A DNA stretch of 64,000 bases from Dehalococcoidia bacterium (GCA_965247485.1 OZ252017.1:2018884-2082883); one strand, 5' to 3'. Shown: positions 1 through 10,180, counted from the stretch's first letter. Notes: generated by a model not told the origin, from the sequence alone. Numbers and translations: made by a program.

Positions 1-129
1 TCTTATGAAGCGACGTTCGCCAAGGTCAAACGGGCGGCGCAGACAGCGCTCTCAGGTATCGACGAGCCCGTTACAGTGGCGGCTCAACCCTTGGAGGCTG
101 TACCTGGCCTGACTGAAGCCTGGTTCTGC
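1..129 (+). CDS. 3' end of an unidentified gene entering from the left edge (…AQPLEAVPGLTEAWFC*)
   Basis: Frame 1 is open from the window edge to TGA at 127-129. There is no start in the window, so the ORF track does not list it. Confidence 0.2.
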
Positions 130-204
130 TGAGCGGAGCCTACGACGGAGCAGTTAGCTCCGCTGGAAAGGGCATTGTCAGTCTAACTGGCGCCGAGAAA
201 CTGC

Positions 205-1437
205 TTATTCGATCTCGAAATTGAGCCGGCCGTGCGCCTCTCGCAAGGCGATTTCAACTACTTCTGGTGTTTCGCCACGGGCGAAGATGAAGCCAAGATA
301 GTCGCCACCCTCCGGCAGTGGCACAACCTTGGCTTCAAGATGGGTTGTTATAGTCACCGATTTGATCAACGGCCCGGCTTCAGCTTCGGAAATGCCCTTA
401 ACTGTCTTTAGAGTTCCTGCCCCCGGTATCGGGATCATCATTACGCCCGCGGCTTGGGACTCGCGCTCAACCGAGGGCAACGCGTCACCGGTCGCGTGTC
501 GCAGGATCAGTTCTTCAAGGGACATACCGGTTCCGAAGCTCAGGGTGCGTGAACAGAGACCACCAATCGAACGCGCGGCGATGTCGATTGGAAATACGCC
601 TTGCTCGTTGATCCGCATTTCGGCGTGGACCGGTCCATCGCGGAGGCCAATCGCCGCCGTCGCCCGCTCCGTCGTGGCGACAACCCGATCCAGATCCTTG
701 TCTTCAAGACGAGATGGCGTTACGTAGATTGTCTCCTCAAAGAAGGGGCCTCCGAGTGGGTCTGGTTTGTCAAAAATCGCCAGAACCTGCAATTGGCCAT
801 CGTTGAGCAGCCCCTCGACGGACACCTCCGTGCCAGGGACGTAGGCTTCGATCAGTATTTGATCTGCCAAGCTGCCGGCTTCGTCGGCGCACTCCGGCTG
901 ATCGAGGATATGGCCGATTCGCTCGAAGGCGGCAACAAATTGCTCCGGTGTATCAGCGCGGATCACGCCGCGGCTGGCTGAAAGAGCCAGCGGTTTGGCG
1001 ACTACCGGAAAATCCAATCTGGAGGCTATCTGTGCTGCCGAGGCATCGACTGATTCAACCTGGTAAGGCGGCGACGGCAGGCCGGCCTTAGCGAGGTGCT
1101 CACGAAGCAGGCCCTTGTTGCGAGTAGCGTCCACGGCCTCAACCGGGTTATACGGCAGCTCAAGTCGCCATGAGGCGCGGGCAGCCAGGCGTGTGCCGGC
1201 GTCGTCCACCGCAACTATCGCGGCGAGGGGCCTGCCCCGCGAGTATCGCTCTATCTGCCGCGCGCCCTCTTCAGGGTCGGCAAAGTCGAGGCCAACCTGT
1301 TTGTCGGGGTGCAGGCTTTCCAGCGGGTTGCTCTTGTCGGAGCCGACCACGACCTCGATGCCGAGTTCAGTAGCTGCCTGCATGAAGTCAGGCGAGCGAT
1401 AGCTGGCACTGGGGATCAAAAGCATGATGCGTGGCAT
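205..1437 (-). CDS. ATP-grasp domain protein (carboxylate-amine / L-amino-acid ligase-like)
   Basis: 410-aa ORF. It has an N-terminal pre-ATP-grasp region followed by an ATP-grasp-like core (…VVAKPLALSASRGVIR…EAYVPGTEVSVEGLL…). Family assignment is by motif resemblance only. Confidence 0.55.
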   Translation of the reverse strand: MPRIMLLIPSASYRSPDFMQAATELGIEVVVGSDKSNPLESLHPDKQVGLDFADPEEGARQIERYSRGRPLAAIVAVDDAGTRLAARASWRLELPYNPVEAVDATRNKGLLREHLAKAGLPSPPYQVESVDASAAQIASRLDFPVVAKPLALSASRGVIRADTPEQFVAAFERIGHILDQPECADEAGSLADQILIEAYVPGTEVSVEGLLNDGQLQVLAIFDKPDPLGGPFFEETIYVTPSRLEDKDLDRVVATTERATAAIGLRDGPVHAEMRINEQGVFPIDIAARSIGGLCSRTLSFGTGMSLEELILRHATGDALPSVERESQAAGVMMIPIPGAGTLKTVKGISEAEAGPLIKSVTITTHLEAKVVPLPEGGDYLGFIFARGETPEVVEIALREAHGRLNFEIE

Positions 1438-1581
1438 TATCTAACTTCCTTGCGAGCCGTAGTTAAGGCGGAGCCTGCTGAGTCCTAGCGCGGGTTTGCC
1501 CTTGAAGGATGCCGGGATCATCGGTCCGCAACGCGGCGTGTGTCAATCAGCGGAACGGAAATGGCGAACGGTTGACGCGAA

Positions 1582-1625
1582 GAGGGGTCCTCGTGGAAGC
1601 CATTCTGGCGACCCGAGGACCCCTC
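1582..1625. terminator. Perfect 12-bp inverted repeat (GAGGGGTCCTCG…CGAGGACCCCTC) with a 20-nt loop. Possible terminator or operator between the MFS remnant and the ATP-grasp gene.
   Basis: Read directly from the sequence at 1582-1593 and 1614-1625. It lies 3' of the minus-strand MFS remnant. Confidence 0.3.
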
Positions 1626-1663
1626 CGCTATCAGAATCCGTAATCAGTATTTGGGAAGAGCAG

Positions 1664-2464
1664 TCATGCTACCTCTGCGACTGAGGTATCAGCCGAAGTC
1701 CTGCCGGTCGCGAACGCCTCCTCGTCGCCAAGCTCGGCCTGGACCGTTCTGGACCGCTTCGGTACCAGCGTCGCCGCCACCACCAGGGCCAGCGCGACAA
1801 AGCCGGCGGCGGCCAGGAAGCCGACGTTTACGGCATCGACAAACGCTTGATTCGCCGTCTGCAATACAAAGGAAGCGACCGCCGGTGGGAGTTCGGCGGT
1901 AACCGCACCGATGCCACCGAGGCTATCGCCCACTTGTTCTGCGGCTGCCGGTGGCAGCGCTCCGTCCAATGCGGTCTTGACGTCGGCGCGACAGAGGCCT
2001 GAAACCAGGCTGCCGAGTGCTGCCACACCAACAACGATACCCAGCTCCCGCGACAGGTCGTTCATCGCCGAACCGATGCCGGCGTCGTTCACGGGCACCG
2101 CGGCCATAATCGTATCGGTTACGGTCGGCATGGCGATGCCGAAACCGAGGCCAAACAGCAGGATGCCCAATACCGGTACCCAGTAGGCGGTACCAACTTC
2201 AATTTGGCTGAACACGGCCATGCCAGACATGACGATTAGGCTGGCGGTGACGATTGTAGCGCGGGGGCCGAATACCGGAACCGCTTTGATCGCGATACTG
2301 GAGCCAATCATCATCGTTGCCGCCGCCGGAGTTATCGCCAGTCCGGCGATCAAGGCGCTGCGACCCTGCACCAGTTGCAGGTACTGGGTGAGGAAAAAGA
2401 AGACGCCGATCAGGCCGACGAACAGCAGCATCAGCACGAGAAAGGAGCCGGTAAAGTCCATGCG
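1664..2464 (-). pseudogene. N-terminally truncated DHA2-type MFS transporter (only the C-terminal ~7 TM helices)
   Basis: ORF 1664..2785. From residue ~108 (MDFTGSFLVLMLLFVGL…) it is a typical C-terminal half of a 14-TMS MFS. The first 107 residues are Ser/Arg/Thr-rich non-membrane sequence (likely out-of-frame read-through). No N-terminal half is found upstream. Confidence 0.5.
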
Positions 2465-2495
2465 CTTGAAGTAGTGCAGCGCTTTCGCGGACTTA

Positions 2496-2831
2496 TTGAG
2501 GTCGCGCGCCGGTTTCGCGATGGCGCATCTGCCGCCTGTGCTGGAGGAGTACGAGTTCGTCATCGATGGCAACCCGGTTACGATTCGCGCTGGAGCCGGG
2601 TTCTTCGAAGTTGAGGAAGGTTCGGCGCCTTCTTCCCTGACAAAGCTAACATTGGATGCCAGCATCCTAATGGAGTTGCACCTGCCCGGCATGACCCTAG
2701 CCGAAGTCGAAGCAATGGGGCAGGTTGTGGTCGACGGTGACCGAGCTGCTTGCGAGCGCGCACTTGACCTTTTCCGCATACCCAAAAGCCAATCTTCACC
2801 AAGCGCGGTTCCCGCCTCCGTATCGGTGTAG
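2496..2831 (+). CDS. SCP2 (sterol-carrier-like) domain protein
   Basis: 111-aa ORF. The …LTLDASILMELHLPGMTLAEVEAMGQVVVDGDRAACERALDLF… segment resembles SCP2-fold lipid-binding proteins. The start may be the internal ATG (MAHLPP…). Confidence 0.4.
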   Translation: MRSRAGFAMAHLPPVLEEYEFVIDGNPVTIRAGAGFFEVEEGSAPSSLTKLTLDASILMELHLPGMTLAEVEAMGQVVVDGDRAACERALDLFRIPKSQSSPSAVPASVSV

Positions 2832-2915
2832 CCCAGGCAGTAGACGCAGCCACGATGCTTGGCTAGTGATCCATTGTCCCTTTTCCGTTGCTGATTCCCG
2901 CCGTCATGCCTAGAT

Positions 2916-2945
2916 TTGACAAGTGATCAAATAGTCACATATCAT
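2916..2945 (+). promoter_or_regulatory. AT-rich sigma70-like promoter candidate (TTGACA - 18 bp - TATCAT). The spacer contains a GTGAnCA…TCAC palindrome.
   Basis: TTGACA at 2916-2921 and TATCAT at 2940-2945. It lies ~50 bp upstream of the SRPBCC gene start at 2994. Confidence 0.3.
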
Positions 2946-2993
2946 CCGCGGGTACTGATGGAAGAGGTACAACGATTAGAGAATGAGGTCATT

Positions 2994-3430
2994 ATGCCCA
3001 AGCCCGTGTCTTTCAGATTTACATCCAGACGACTCCCGAGCGCCTGTGGGAGTCGCTAACGGACCCGGATCTGACCCAGGACTACTACTATGGAACGCGT
3101 ATCGAAGTCGAGAATTGGCAGGCCGGTGCGAAACACCGCTACACCTACCCTGACGGCAGTCTCGTTGCCGAAGGGGAGTTGCTCGAGGTGGAACCACCGC
3201 GGCGATTAGTGATGACTTTTCAGGCTCTCTGGGAACCGGCATTGGCCAACGAACCGCCGGTTCAAATTGCCTGGGAAATCGATCCGGTGGGTGAGGCATG
3301 CAGGCTCACGGTAGTTTTTGAGGCAACCAGTGAAGATGCGCAGATGTTGAAACAGGCTGACGGAGGAATGCCGCTTATCCTCAGCGGGCTCAAGACTCGT
3401 TTGGAAACCGGCGCTCCTTTGCGGGCCTAA
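2994..3430 (+). pseudogene. SRPBCC / AHSA1-like (activator of Hsp90 ATPase homolog) domain protein, interrupted by a 1-nt frameshift near 3006
   Basis: ATG at 2994 (MPKPVSF…) reaches a stop after 21 codons. The conserved body (VFQIYIQTTPERLWESLTDPDLTQDYYYGTRIEVENWQAGAKHRYTYPDGSLVAEGELLEVEPPRRLVMTFQ…) is read in frame 2 from 3008 with no start codon. The ORF track lists only the tail (3179..3430). Confidence 0.5.
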
Positions 3431-3466
3431 AGGCGGCGGATCTTCCAAGCGGTAGAACCAGACCAA

Positions 3467-3515
3467 GGCGAGGACGAGGTGAAGCCACCTCGCCCTCGCC
3501 TAATTTCGCCGTTTG
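3467..3515 (+). terminator. Rho-independent terminator candidate after the SRPBCC gene
   Basis: 15-bp stem GGCGAGGACGAGGTG / CACCTCGCCCTCGCC (1 mismatch) with loop AAGCC, followed by TAATTTCGCCGTTTG. Confidence 0.45.
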
Positions 3516-3623
3516 TCTCCTGAATTTTGAAGGCAAGGCCTCTGTCAGCCAAAATTATTTGTACTTGACCGCAGAACCTCCAACTCCAAGCCTCCGAGCA
3601 GGCCTTCATGGCTGGCGCCGTGG

Positions 3624-4136
3624 TTGTCTATTACCAGACCGCAAGCCAAAATGGATTTAATGAGTGCAAAATTGCCAGCCTCTGATAGTCCGGTCTGGGT
3701 TGCTTGGCGGACCTTCTTGCGAGCCTATAGGACCACAATCGAACGCATCGCGCTGGACATGGCGGAGGCCAAGGTACCGACGCTGGTCGAATACTCCGTC
3801 CTGTTTTGGCTGAATCGGGCCGAAGAAAACAAACTACGCCAAGTCGATCTTTCCACCGGCGTGCTCGTCAGCAAGAGTCGTGTCACGCGTCTGATGAATG
3901 ACATGGTTGAAAAGGGATACGTTCGCCGAGAAAAGGCCACGGACGACAAGCGGGTTACCTTTGCAGTTTTGACGGCGACGGGCCGAGAGGAATTTGAGCG
4001 AGCCTCGCCGATTTTTGCCGACGCCTTTGAGAACCACTTCGCTTCCAATGTTGCGACCGGCGATCGGGATGAGTTGACCCGGATTTTGGCTCCATTGGCA
4101 TCTCCCTCACCCGAGTCAGTGGGCTCCGAAGACTAG
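3624..4136 (+). CDS. MarR family transcriptional regulator
   Basis: 170 aa with a winged-HTH MarR-like core (…LSTGVLVSKSRVTRLMNDMVEKGYVRREKATDDKRVTFAVLTATG…). It lies immediately upstream of an MFS exporter. TTG at 3624 or ATG at 3651 could be the start. Confidence 0.7.
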   Translation: MSITRPQAKMDLMSAKLPASDSPVWVAWRTFLRAYRTTIERIALDMAEAKVPTLVEYSVLFWLNRAEENKLRQVDLSTGVLVSKSRVTRLMNDMVEKGYVRREKATDDKRVTFAVLTATGREEFERASPIFADAFENHFASNVATGDRDELTRILAPLASPSPESVGSED

Positions 4137-4220
4137 GCCTAGGAGCCAATAGCTGGTTACGTCCGGTCAGATCATGTTCACCCCCGAATGAAGCTGGCAA
4201 AGGCTGGGGTGGCCTGATCT

Positions 4221-5471
4221 ATGTCTAGTCCTGAGGCGCGGCTCCGGCTCCCCTTGCCTGATTTCACCGCTATGCGGTACCCAGCCTACAGGTGGTGGTG
4301 GCTGAGTTCCTCCACGGTCATGCTCAACCAATTCATGACCATGCTATCCATTTCCTGGCTGGTCTTGGAGTTAACCGACTCCGTCCGCTGGGTAAGTTTC
4401 GCGGTATTTGCATTCGGGTTGCCTGCCTTTCTTTTTCTCTTACCGGCAGGGGTGCTGGCGGACCGATGGGATCGACGGAAGCTACTGATGGTCACTCAAG
4501 TCGTGGCTGTGGCCAACGTCTTGATCCTGGCGATTGTAGTCAGCGCTGATTTGATTTCGCCCGAGCTCACCCTTTTTTTCGCCGCCGTTTCCGGCAGTAC
4601 GGTCGCGGTCAGCCAACCGGCTCGACAATCAATGATTCCGCTCCTCCTCCCGGCCGAACTCCGCCTCAACGGCATAGTTTTGGGTTCTCTGTCGCAGAAC
4701 CTGTCGCAGCTGATTGGGCCGGCAATAGCCGGCTTTTTGATTGCGACGGTCGCGATAAGCGCCGCGTTTTACGCTCTGGCGGTGCTGCTATCGGTCGGCG
4801 TGATCGCGCTCACGTTTCTGCGGTTGCCGCCGAAGGACCCATCCGAGGATGCTCCCGCACGGCGGTTCCAGCCAAAGGAGCTCTTCGCTGGTTTTACATT
4901 CCTCTGGAGCAACCGTCCCCTGCTGGTTTTGACTGGTCTCTATCTTGCGACCGGAATCTGGGTAGGGGGATCAATCCAGACGCTGCTGCCGGTTCTGGTT
5001 CGCGATGAGTACAACGTGGGCGCCTCTGCCCTTGGATTGGCGTTCACGATCCAAGCGATCGGCGCTATAGTCACCTCGCTTTGGATCACAAGGTTGGGAG
5101 GTGTGCGAAACAAGGGAGGCTTTTTCGCCTGCGGTATGCTGCTGGGCAGCAGCTCACTGGCGGCCTACAGCATGGCGCCCACGTTCGAGGTCGCGCTGCT
5201 GTTTTTCTTCACTTTCGGCTGTGCCACGGCGTTCTACACTAATTTCAGCCAGAGCCTTCTGCAGGTTCACACGCCGCAAATTCTGCTTGGCCGCGTCTTA
5301 TCGATCATCACTCTCAGCATCTCAGGATTCATACCTTTGGGCGCCTTGCAAGCGGGCTTGGTTGCCAGTCTGCTTGACCCGAGGACCGCCGGACTATATG
5401 GCGGTGTGACGGCCTTTGTTCTGGCGCTCCTGGCGTTGACCCGCGCGCATTCCTTCCGCCGGCTCAGCTAG
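4221..5471 (+). CDS. MFS transporter (12 TMS, EntS/efflux-like), probably MarR-controlled
   Basis: 416 aa with multiple hydrophobic helices. The MFS N-terminal motif region is …GVLADRWDRRKLLMVTQ…. It is a paralog of the MFS gene at 59079. Confidence 0.75.
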   Translation: MSSPEARLRLPLPDFTAMRYPAYRWWWLSSSTVMLNQFMTMLSISWLVLELTDSVRWVSFAVFAFGLPAFLFLLPAGVLADRWDRRKLLMVTQVVAVANVLILAIVVSADLISPELTLFFAAVSGSTVAVSQPARQSMIPLLLPAELRLNGIVLGSLSQNLSQLIGPAIAGFLIATVAISAAFYALAVLLSVGVIALTFLRLPPKDPSEDAPARRFQPKELFAGFTFLWSNRPLLVLTGLYLATGIWVGGSIQTLLPVLVRDEYNVGASALGLAFTIQAIGAIVTSLWITRLGGVRNKGGFFACGMLLGSSSLAAYSMAPTFEVALLFFFTFGCATAFYTNFSQSLLQVHTPQILLGRVLSIITLSISGFIPLGALQAGLVASLLDPRTAGLYGGVTAFVLALLALTRAHSFRRLS

Positions 5472-5571
5472 CCCCCACAAAACCGAAGCAGGCGCACGTA
5501 CGCAGGGCGCAAAGATCTGAAGTTCGCCGATCTCGGACCCCGGAGTGTCCGCATTGCAAGAGTGAGCCGCC

Positions 5572-6138
5572 CTAGAGGAAGTTGGACAGGTTCTTCGAGT
5601 TGAGGACGACCTGGTCGAGGAAGATGTGGCGCTTGGCGATTTTCCAGGAGCTTCCGTCGCGTCGTAACGTGTCACGACGGTTGCCGACCCAAATGTCTAT
5701 GTCGTTGTCCAAGCGGCTGCGATAGCAAAAGAAGTAGACGTCAAGATCCACCTCCTGGCCTTCGCTGGTCTCTCGCGTTTCCAAAATCCGGACGTTATTG
5801 ATCATATGGCGAGTCCGGCTCGGCGGGTCCTCTGACCATGAATAACCGGTGTCCAGTTTGGCGACGCGTTGGCGTAGCATGTTGAAGTCGTCATCGTAGT
5901 AGGCTTGCTCACCCGGCAAGCCCACCTCGTACTGTTCGACGTCTTTCGCCAACACGGTGCGCTTTAACGGAGCCCAGTAATGAATGTCCTCGGTCAAAAG
6001 ATCGAGCCAATCATGGAAACGGCGCTCATCGAGAGCCGCCGCTTCGTCATAGAGAAAGCGCTCGATTTCGCGCAGGATTTCACCGCTTTGAACCGGAGTC
6101 GTCGTCATTGCCAGCCCCTTCCGCTCAGATGCGCTCAA
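5572..6138 (-). CDS. Aromatic ring-hydroxylating dioxygenase, beta (small) subunit
   Basis: 188 aa, SnoaL-like beta-subunit fold, overlapping the alpha-subunit stop by 14 bp. Confidence 0.75.
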   Translation of the reverse strand: MSASERKGLAMTTTPVQSGEILREIERFLYDEAAALDERRFHDWLDLLTEDIHYWAPLKRTVLAKDVEQYEVGLPGEQAYYDDDFNMLRQRVAKLDTGYSWSEDPPSRTRHMINNVRILETRETSEGQEVDLDVYFFCYRSRLDNDIDIWVGNRRDTLRRDGSSWKIAKRHIFLDQVVLNSKNLSNFL

Positions 6139-7483
6139 ACGGCGATGAGCTGAGCTCGTCCCAGCCCTTGCCGATCATTAGATCTTGCCGGTGGCGGTAG
6201 AAGTTGAGCTGGTTGGTGTCCCCATTGGAACCCATTCGCCGCAAGGGCAAGTCCTCCTTGGGCTCCATCCAGTCGTTGTTATTCAGACCCATAGAGTAAT
6301 TTAGTGGGTGGCGACGGCCGATGACGCTCTTGGCACCGGCCGTGCTCAGCCGCCAGTTATCAGAATCGTCCTGTTCGAACATGCCGGAGGGCCCGAACCG
6401 GCGGGATGCGTCCTTGACGAGGTCGTCCTTAACCTGCTGTGGCGCGGCCTTGTCCACCAAGACATAAATCCAGCTTTCGGTCCAAAGCGGTCCGCGTGGA
6501 TGCCAGATGTGGATCTGGTCGGCGCTGGAGTTGATCGAGAAGTTGGGGAACATGCAATTGAACCCGCCGAGCCTGGACCGGTTGTTTCCTTGTAGCTTTT
6601 CCATAGACTCGGAACGCTGCTGCCAATATTCGGCCATACTCTCGGGCATCTCAGCCGGTGAAGCCGGCGCGTCCGGGGAGCGAATAGACAGCCCGGCGCC
6701 GTGACCATACTTTGTCGTCATGCGGAAGCTATCGGGGTTGGACTGCCGCTTGAAGCCGGCGAAGATATCGGCTGGGCGTTCACGTGGTTGGCCGGAGGTC
6801 TGAACGTTTGATGTTGTATGCCCCGCAAGAATCGCTGACTGGTGGCTAATAGTGGCGTGGTAGCCGTCACCGACGAAGTTGTCGGCGGCGAACTTCCAGT
6901 TGTGGTCCATGGTCCATTTGTAGATGCCGCCGTTGACTTCCGAACCTTTGCCCTGAGGGTTGACGCGGGTCTCCAAGAACCAGGCATATTCGCCCATGTA
7001 ATCAATGAGTTCCGGCGCGGTGGCATCCCAGTTGGCGAAAATCAGGCCGTGGAACGATTCAACCTTGGGGCATTTGATCAGCCCCCAGCTTTTCATGTCG
7101 ACATCCTCGTGATAGAGCTCCTTGAAGCCGGGGACAGCAATGAGACTTCCCTCCAAGTCATAGGTCCAGCCATGATAGGAGCACATAAAGGAGGTGCAAT
7201 TGCCCAGGTTGGCCCGGGTCACGGCGTTGCCGCGGTGGCGGCAAGAGTTGAGCAGAACGTGGATGCTTTGGTCCGCGGCGCGCGTGACGATGACGGGTTC
7301 CTCACCCATGGTCGTCGTTACAAAGTCACCGACGTTGGGTATCTGTGATTCGTGGCCGACGAAGAGCCAGGAACGAGCAAACACCTGCTCCAATTCGCGT
7401 TCATAGAGCTCCAGGTCGTAGAAGATATTGCGGTCGATTAAGCCATTTTCGACATCAACCCAGTTCATACCCTTGATGACCAT
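6125..7483 (-). CDS. Rieske [2Fe-2S] aromatic ring-hydroxylating dioxygenase, alpha (large) subunit
   Basis: 452 aa. Rieske motif CRHRG…CSYHGW plus the catalytic mononuclear-iron domain. Confidence 0.85.
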   Translation of the reverse strand: MVIKGMNWVDVENGLIDRNIFYDLELYERELEQVFARSWLFVGHESQIPNVGDFVTTTMGEEPVIVTRAADQSIHVLLNSCRHRGNAVTRANLGNCTSFMCSYHGWTYDLEGSLIAVPGFKELYHEDVDMKSWGLIKCPKVESFHGLIFANWDATAPELIDYMGEYAWFLETRVNPQGKGSEVNGGIYKWTMDHNWKFAADNFVGDGYHATISHQSAILAGHTTSNVQTSGQPRERPADIFAGFKRQSNPDSFRMTTKYGHGAGLSIRSPDAPASPAEMPESMAEYWQQRSESMEKLQGNNRSRLGGFNCMFPNFSINSSADQIHIWHPRGPLWTESWIYVLVDKAAPQQVKDDLVKDASRRFGPSGMFEQDDSDNWRLSTAGAKSVIGRRHPLNYSMGLNNNDWMEPKEDLPLRRMGSNGDTNQLNFYRHRQDLMIGKGWDELSSSPFERI

Positions 7484-7948
7484 TTTCGAACCTCTTTCGC
7501 TATTCGATCTGCCATGGATATCATCTTCGAGTCGTTTACAGCTGAACTACTGCGCCTATTTATCGCTGAAACTACAACTTCGACAGTAGCCCGTCAAGAT
7601 GAGTTGCTTGAACCGGTGCTGGTTTAGGACGCTCATTGCGATCGCGTCTAGATGCGTTCCCTCCGTCGAGGCAGGGTGCCCTGAAGCGCTTCTGGTTCGA
7701 AGTCTTAGCCGCGCCAGGCTCGTATTAGATTCCCTCTGGGGACCGTGCGAGCACCGCCGAGTTTCTTAAAGTGCGAAACGGTGCCAGAGCCGCGTTTCCA
7801 GGCGAAGACAAGCCCGCAGCTTGGCGCATGTATTTCCCGCCTGCGCTCCGGGCAGCCTAGACTAATCTCGTAGCCCTGCCTCCGCGGCCGGTTGAATTGC
7901 TCGAGCGGTTTGCTTATCCAGAACAGGCTAGGCGCGCGGGCGGTTCAG

Positions 7949-8899
7949 TTACCTGCTGCCTCGCAACCTCGGGTCAAGAATGTCTCGCAGGGCGTCACCG
8001 AGGAAGTTGTACCCCATCACCGTCAGACTTAAACCTAGTCCCGGCCCGATAATTAGCCAGGGCGCGACGTTAAAGTACTCTCGGTTTCTGGTCGAGAGGT
8101 CGATGCCCCATGAGGGAGTTCCAGATGAAACGCCGAACCCAAGGAACGACAGCGCCGCCTCGACAAGAATCACCGTACCGATAATCGTGCTAAACGCAAC
8201 GATTACATATGGCAATACGTTGGGCAGAATGTGGCGCGTGAGAATACGCGGTGTGGAGGCGCCAATAGACTGCGCAGCCTCCACATACGGCAGACCACGC
8301 TCTCTGATCACGGCAGCACGAATTACGCGCATGATCCCGAAGAGGAACACGACCATAATGGCCGCTTCCAAGGATCTAAGATCCCACATTGTTACAAAGA
8401 GATTGTCACCGGACGCATTGGCGCGTCCTAGCACCGAAACCAAGATCAGAGCCAGGACAATCGCAGGGAACGAAGCCAGCACTTCAAGCATTCGCTGGAT
8501 TGTCATGTCGACCCAGCCGCCCATGTAACCCGAGACAACTCCGAAGAATGTACCGAAGCCAACAGCGCCCGTCGCGGCCACAAGGCCAGCGGCAATGGAG
8601 ATGCGAGCACCAAAAATCGTGCGCGATAGGACATCGCGCCCGAGGCTATCGGTGCCTAGGGGGAATTGCGAACTGGGGCTTTCCAGGCGGCTGCCGACGA
8701 ACTCGCCCGGCGGGTTGGGGGCAAGGGTGCCGGCAAAAAGAGCGATAAAAATTACGGTCACGACAAGGAGCCCACCGATTATGCCAAACGGCTTTCGGCG
8801 CCAGACATTCCACATCCGGGCCATGTTGGCCTTGAAAGTTCTTTTTTCGGCCTGTGCAGAGTAGCCAGTGTCCAGTGTCCCCTCGGTTGATTGCGCCAC
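7949..8899 (-). CDS. ABC transporter permease, DppC/OppC-like (peptide/nickel family)
   Basis: 316 aa, 6 TM, BPD_transp_1 EAA-like loop. Adjacent to a DppB-like gene. Confidence 0.8.
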   Translation of the reverse strand: MAQSTEGTLDTGYSAQAEKRTFKANMARMWNVWRRKPFGIIGGLLVVTVIFIALFAGTLAPNPPGEFVGSRLESPSSQFPLGTDSLGRDVLSRTIFGARISIAAGLVAATGAVGFGTFFGVVSGYMGGWVDMTIQRMLEVLASFPAIVLALILVSVLGRANASGDNLFVTMWDLRSLEAAIMVVFLFGIMRVIRAAVIRERGLPYVEAAQSIGASTPRILTRHILPNVLPYVIVAFSTIIGTVILVEAALSFLGFGVSSGTPSWGIDLSTRNREYFNVAPWLIIGPGLGLSLTVMGYNFLGDALRDILDPRLRGSR

Positions 8900-8914
8900 T
8901 TTCTTGCCCTCTCC

Positions 8915-9859
8915 TTAGGAATAGCGAATGCGCGGGTCAATGACCGCATAAAGCAAGTCAATAAGCAGGCTGATAGACATGATCATGGTTGCCGCGTAGA
9001 GGGCGAAGATCATTACGATCGGGAAGTCCTTGCTCTGGATCGCCTGAAGCGCCCAGGTGCCAAGGCCTGGCAGCCCCATCACCGACTCGAGAATGATCGA
9101 TCCTCCCAGAAGGAAGCCGATTTGAAGACCCATGAACGTAAGCACAGGTGGCATTGCGTTGCGAACCGCGTGTTTAATTACCACAGCCCGTTCGGTAAGA
9201 CCCTTTGAACGGGCCGTCCGCAAATAGTCCTGACGCATCACATCCAGCATGGCGGTGCGTGTCAGCCGCAGCAGAGTCGCTGACCCGCCGATTGCCAGCA
9301 TTAGGGTTGGGGGCACAAACAACCGAATGTTATCCCAAGGTGCCTCCAAGATTCTTGTCGCACCAAAAGGCGGCGCGTAGCCAAACCAGCGCGATGGCAG
9401 GATCAGCAAAAGTGTAAGCAGCAGGAAACTGGGGACCGAGATTCCGAAAATGGCAATCATGCGGACGCCCCAGTCCCAGGCGGAGTCCTGTCTTACCGCC
9501 GCCATAATTCCGCCAGTCACGCCAATAATGCTTGTAAACGTAAAGCTGAGAACCACGATTTCTAAAGTGACTGGCAGCCGGCTCTTGAACTCGGAGGCTA
9601 CGCCAAGGTTGGAACGAAAAGACTTGCCAAAATCACCCTGTATTGCCCTGCCAGCCCACTTAATGTATTGGATAGGCCAGGCGTCGTTTAGGTTGTTCTC
9701 AGCTCGAAACTGTGCCCGCTGTTCCGCCGTTGAAGACTCCGTGAGAATCGTCAGTGTCAGATCCCCAGGAACAAGCCGCAGGGCGAAGAATAAGAAGAAC
9801 GAAACCAGAACCAGGTTCAGAAGGATCAACGAGACTCTGCGAATAATGTAGTTGCTCAT
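8915..9859 (-). CDS. ABC transporter permease, DppB/OppB-like
   Basis: 314 aa with conserved N-terminal MSNYIIRRV…LVPGD and the permease core. Confidence 0.8.
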   Translation of the reverse strand: MSNYIIRRVSLILLNLVLVSFFLFFALRLVPGDLTLTILTESSTAEQRAQFRAENNLNDAWPIQYIKWAGRAIQGDFGKSFRSNLGVASEFKSRLPVTLEIVVLSFTFTSIIGVTGGIMAAVRQDSAWDWGVRMIAIFGISVPSFLLLTLLLILPSRWFGYAPPFGATRILEAPWDNIRLFVPPTLMLAIGGSATLLRLTRTAMLDVMRQDYLRTARSKGLTERAVVIKHAVRNAMPPVLTFMGLQIGFLLGGSIILESVMGLPGLGTWALQAIQSKDFPIVMIFALYAATMIMSISLLIDLLYAVIDPRIRYS

Positions 9860-10180
9860 GATACTGTCCTCTACGTTTGCTACAAGAGCTCGGATCTGCG
9901 AAGCACAAAAAAGCCGACGTGGATTCCGTGTCGAGCGTCGCCACTCTAGTTCCTCGAACCACGTATGTCAAACAAAGGCGAAAAAATTCTTCATACCGGG
10001 GAGATTGGGGGTTTATGGTCTCAATAAGCACCAGCGTGGCGGGCTTTAGTGGTGACGTGGGAGGACTGAGCCGATGACGGTCCACTGATTGTTCCTGGCC
10101 GTTTCCATGGGTACATTAAGGTAGACAACCCGATCCAGGCATTGCTTGCGCGCCGGCTTGGCTCGAAAGTATTTCCTGCC

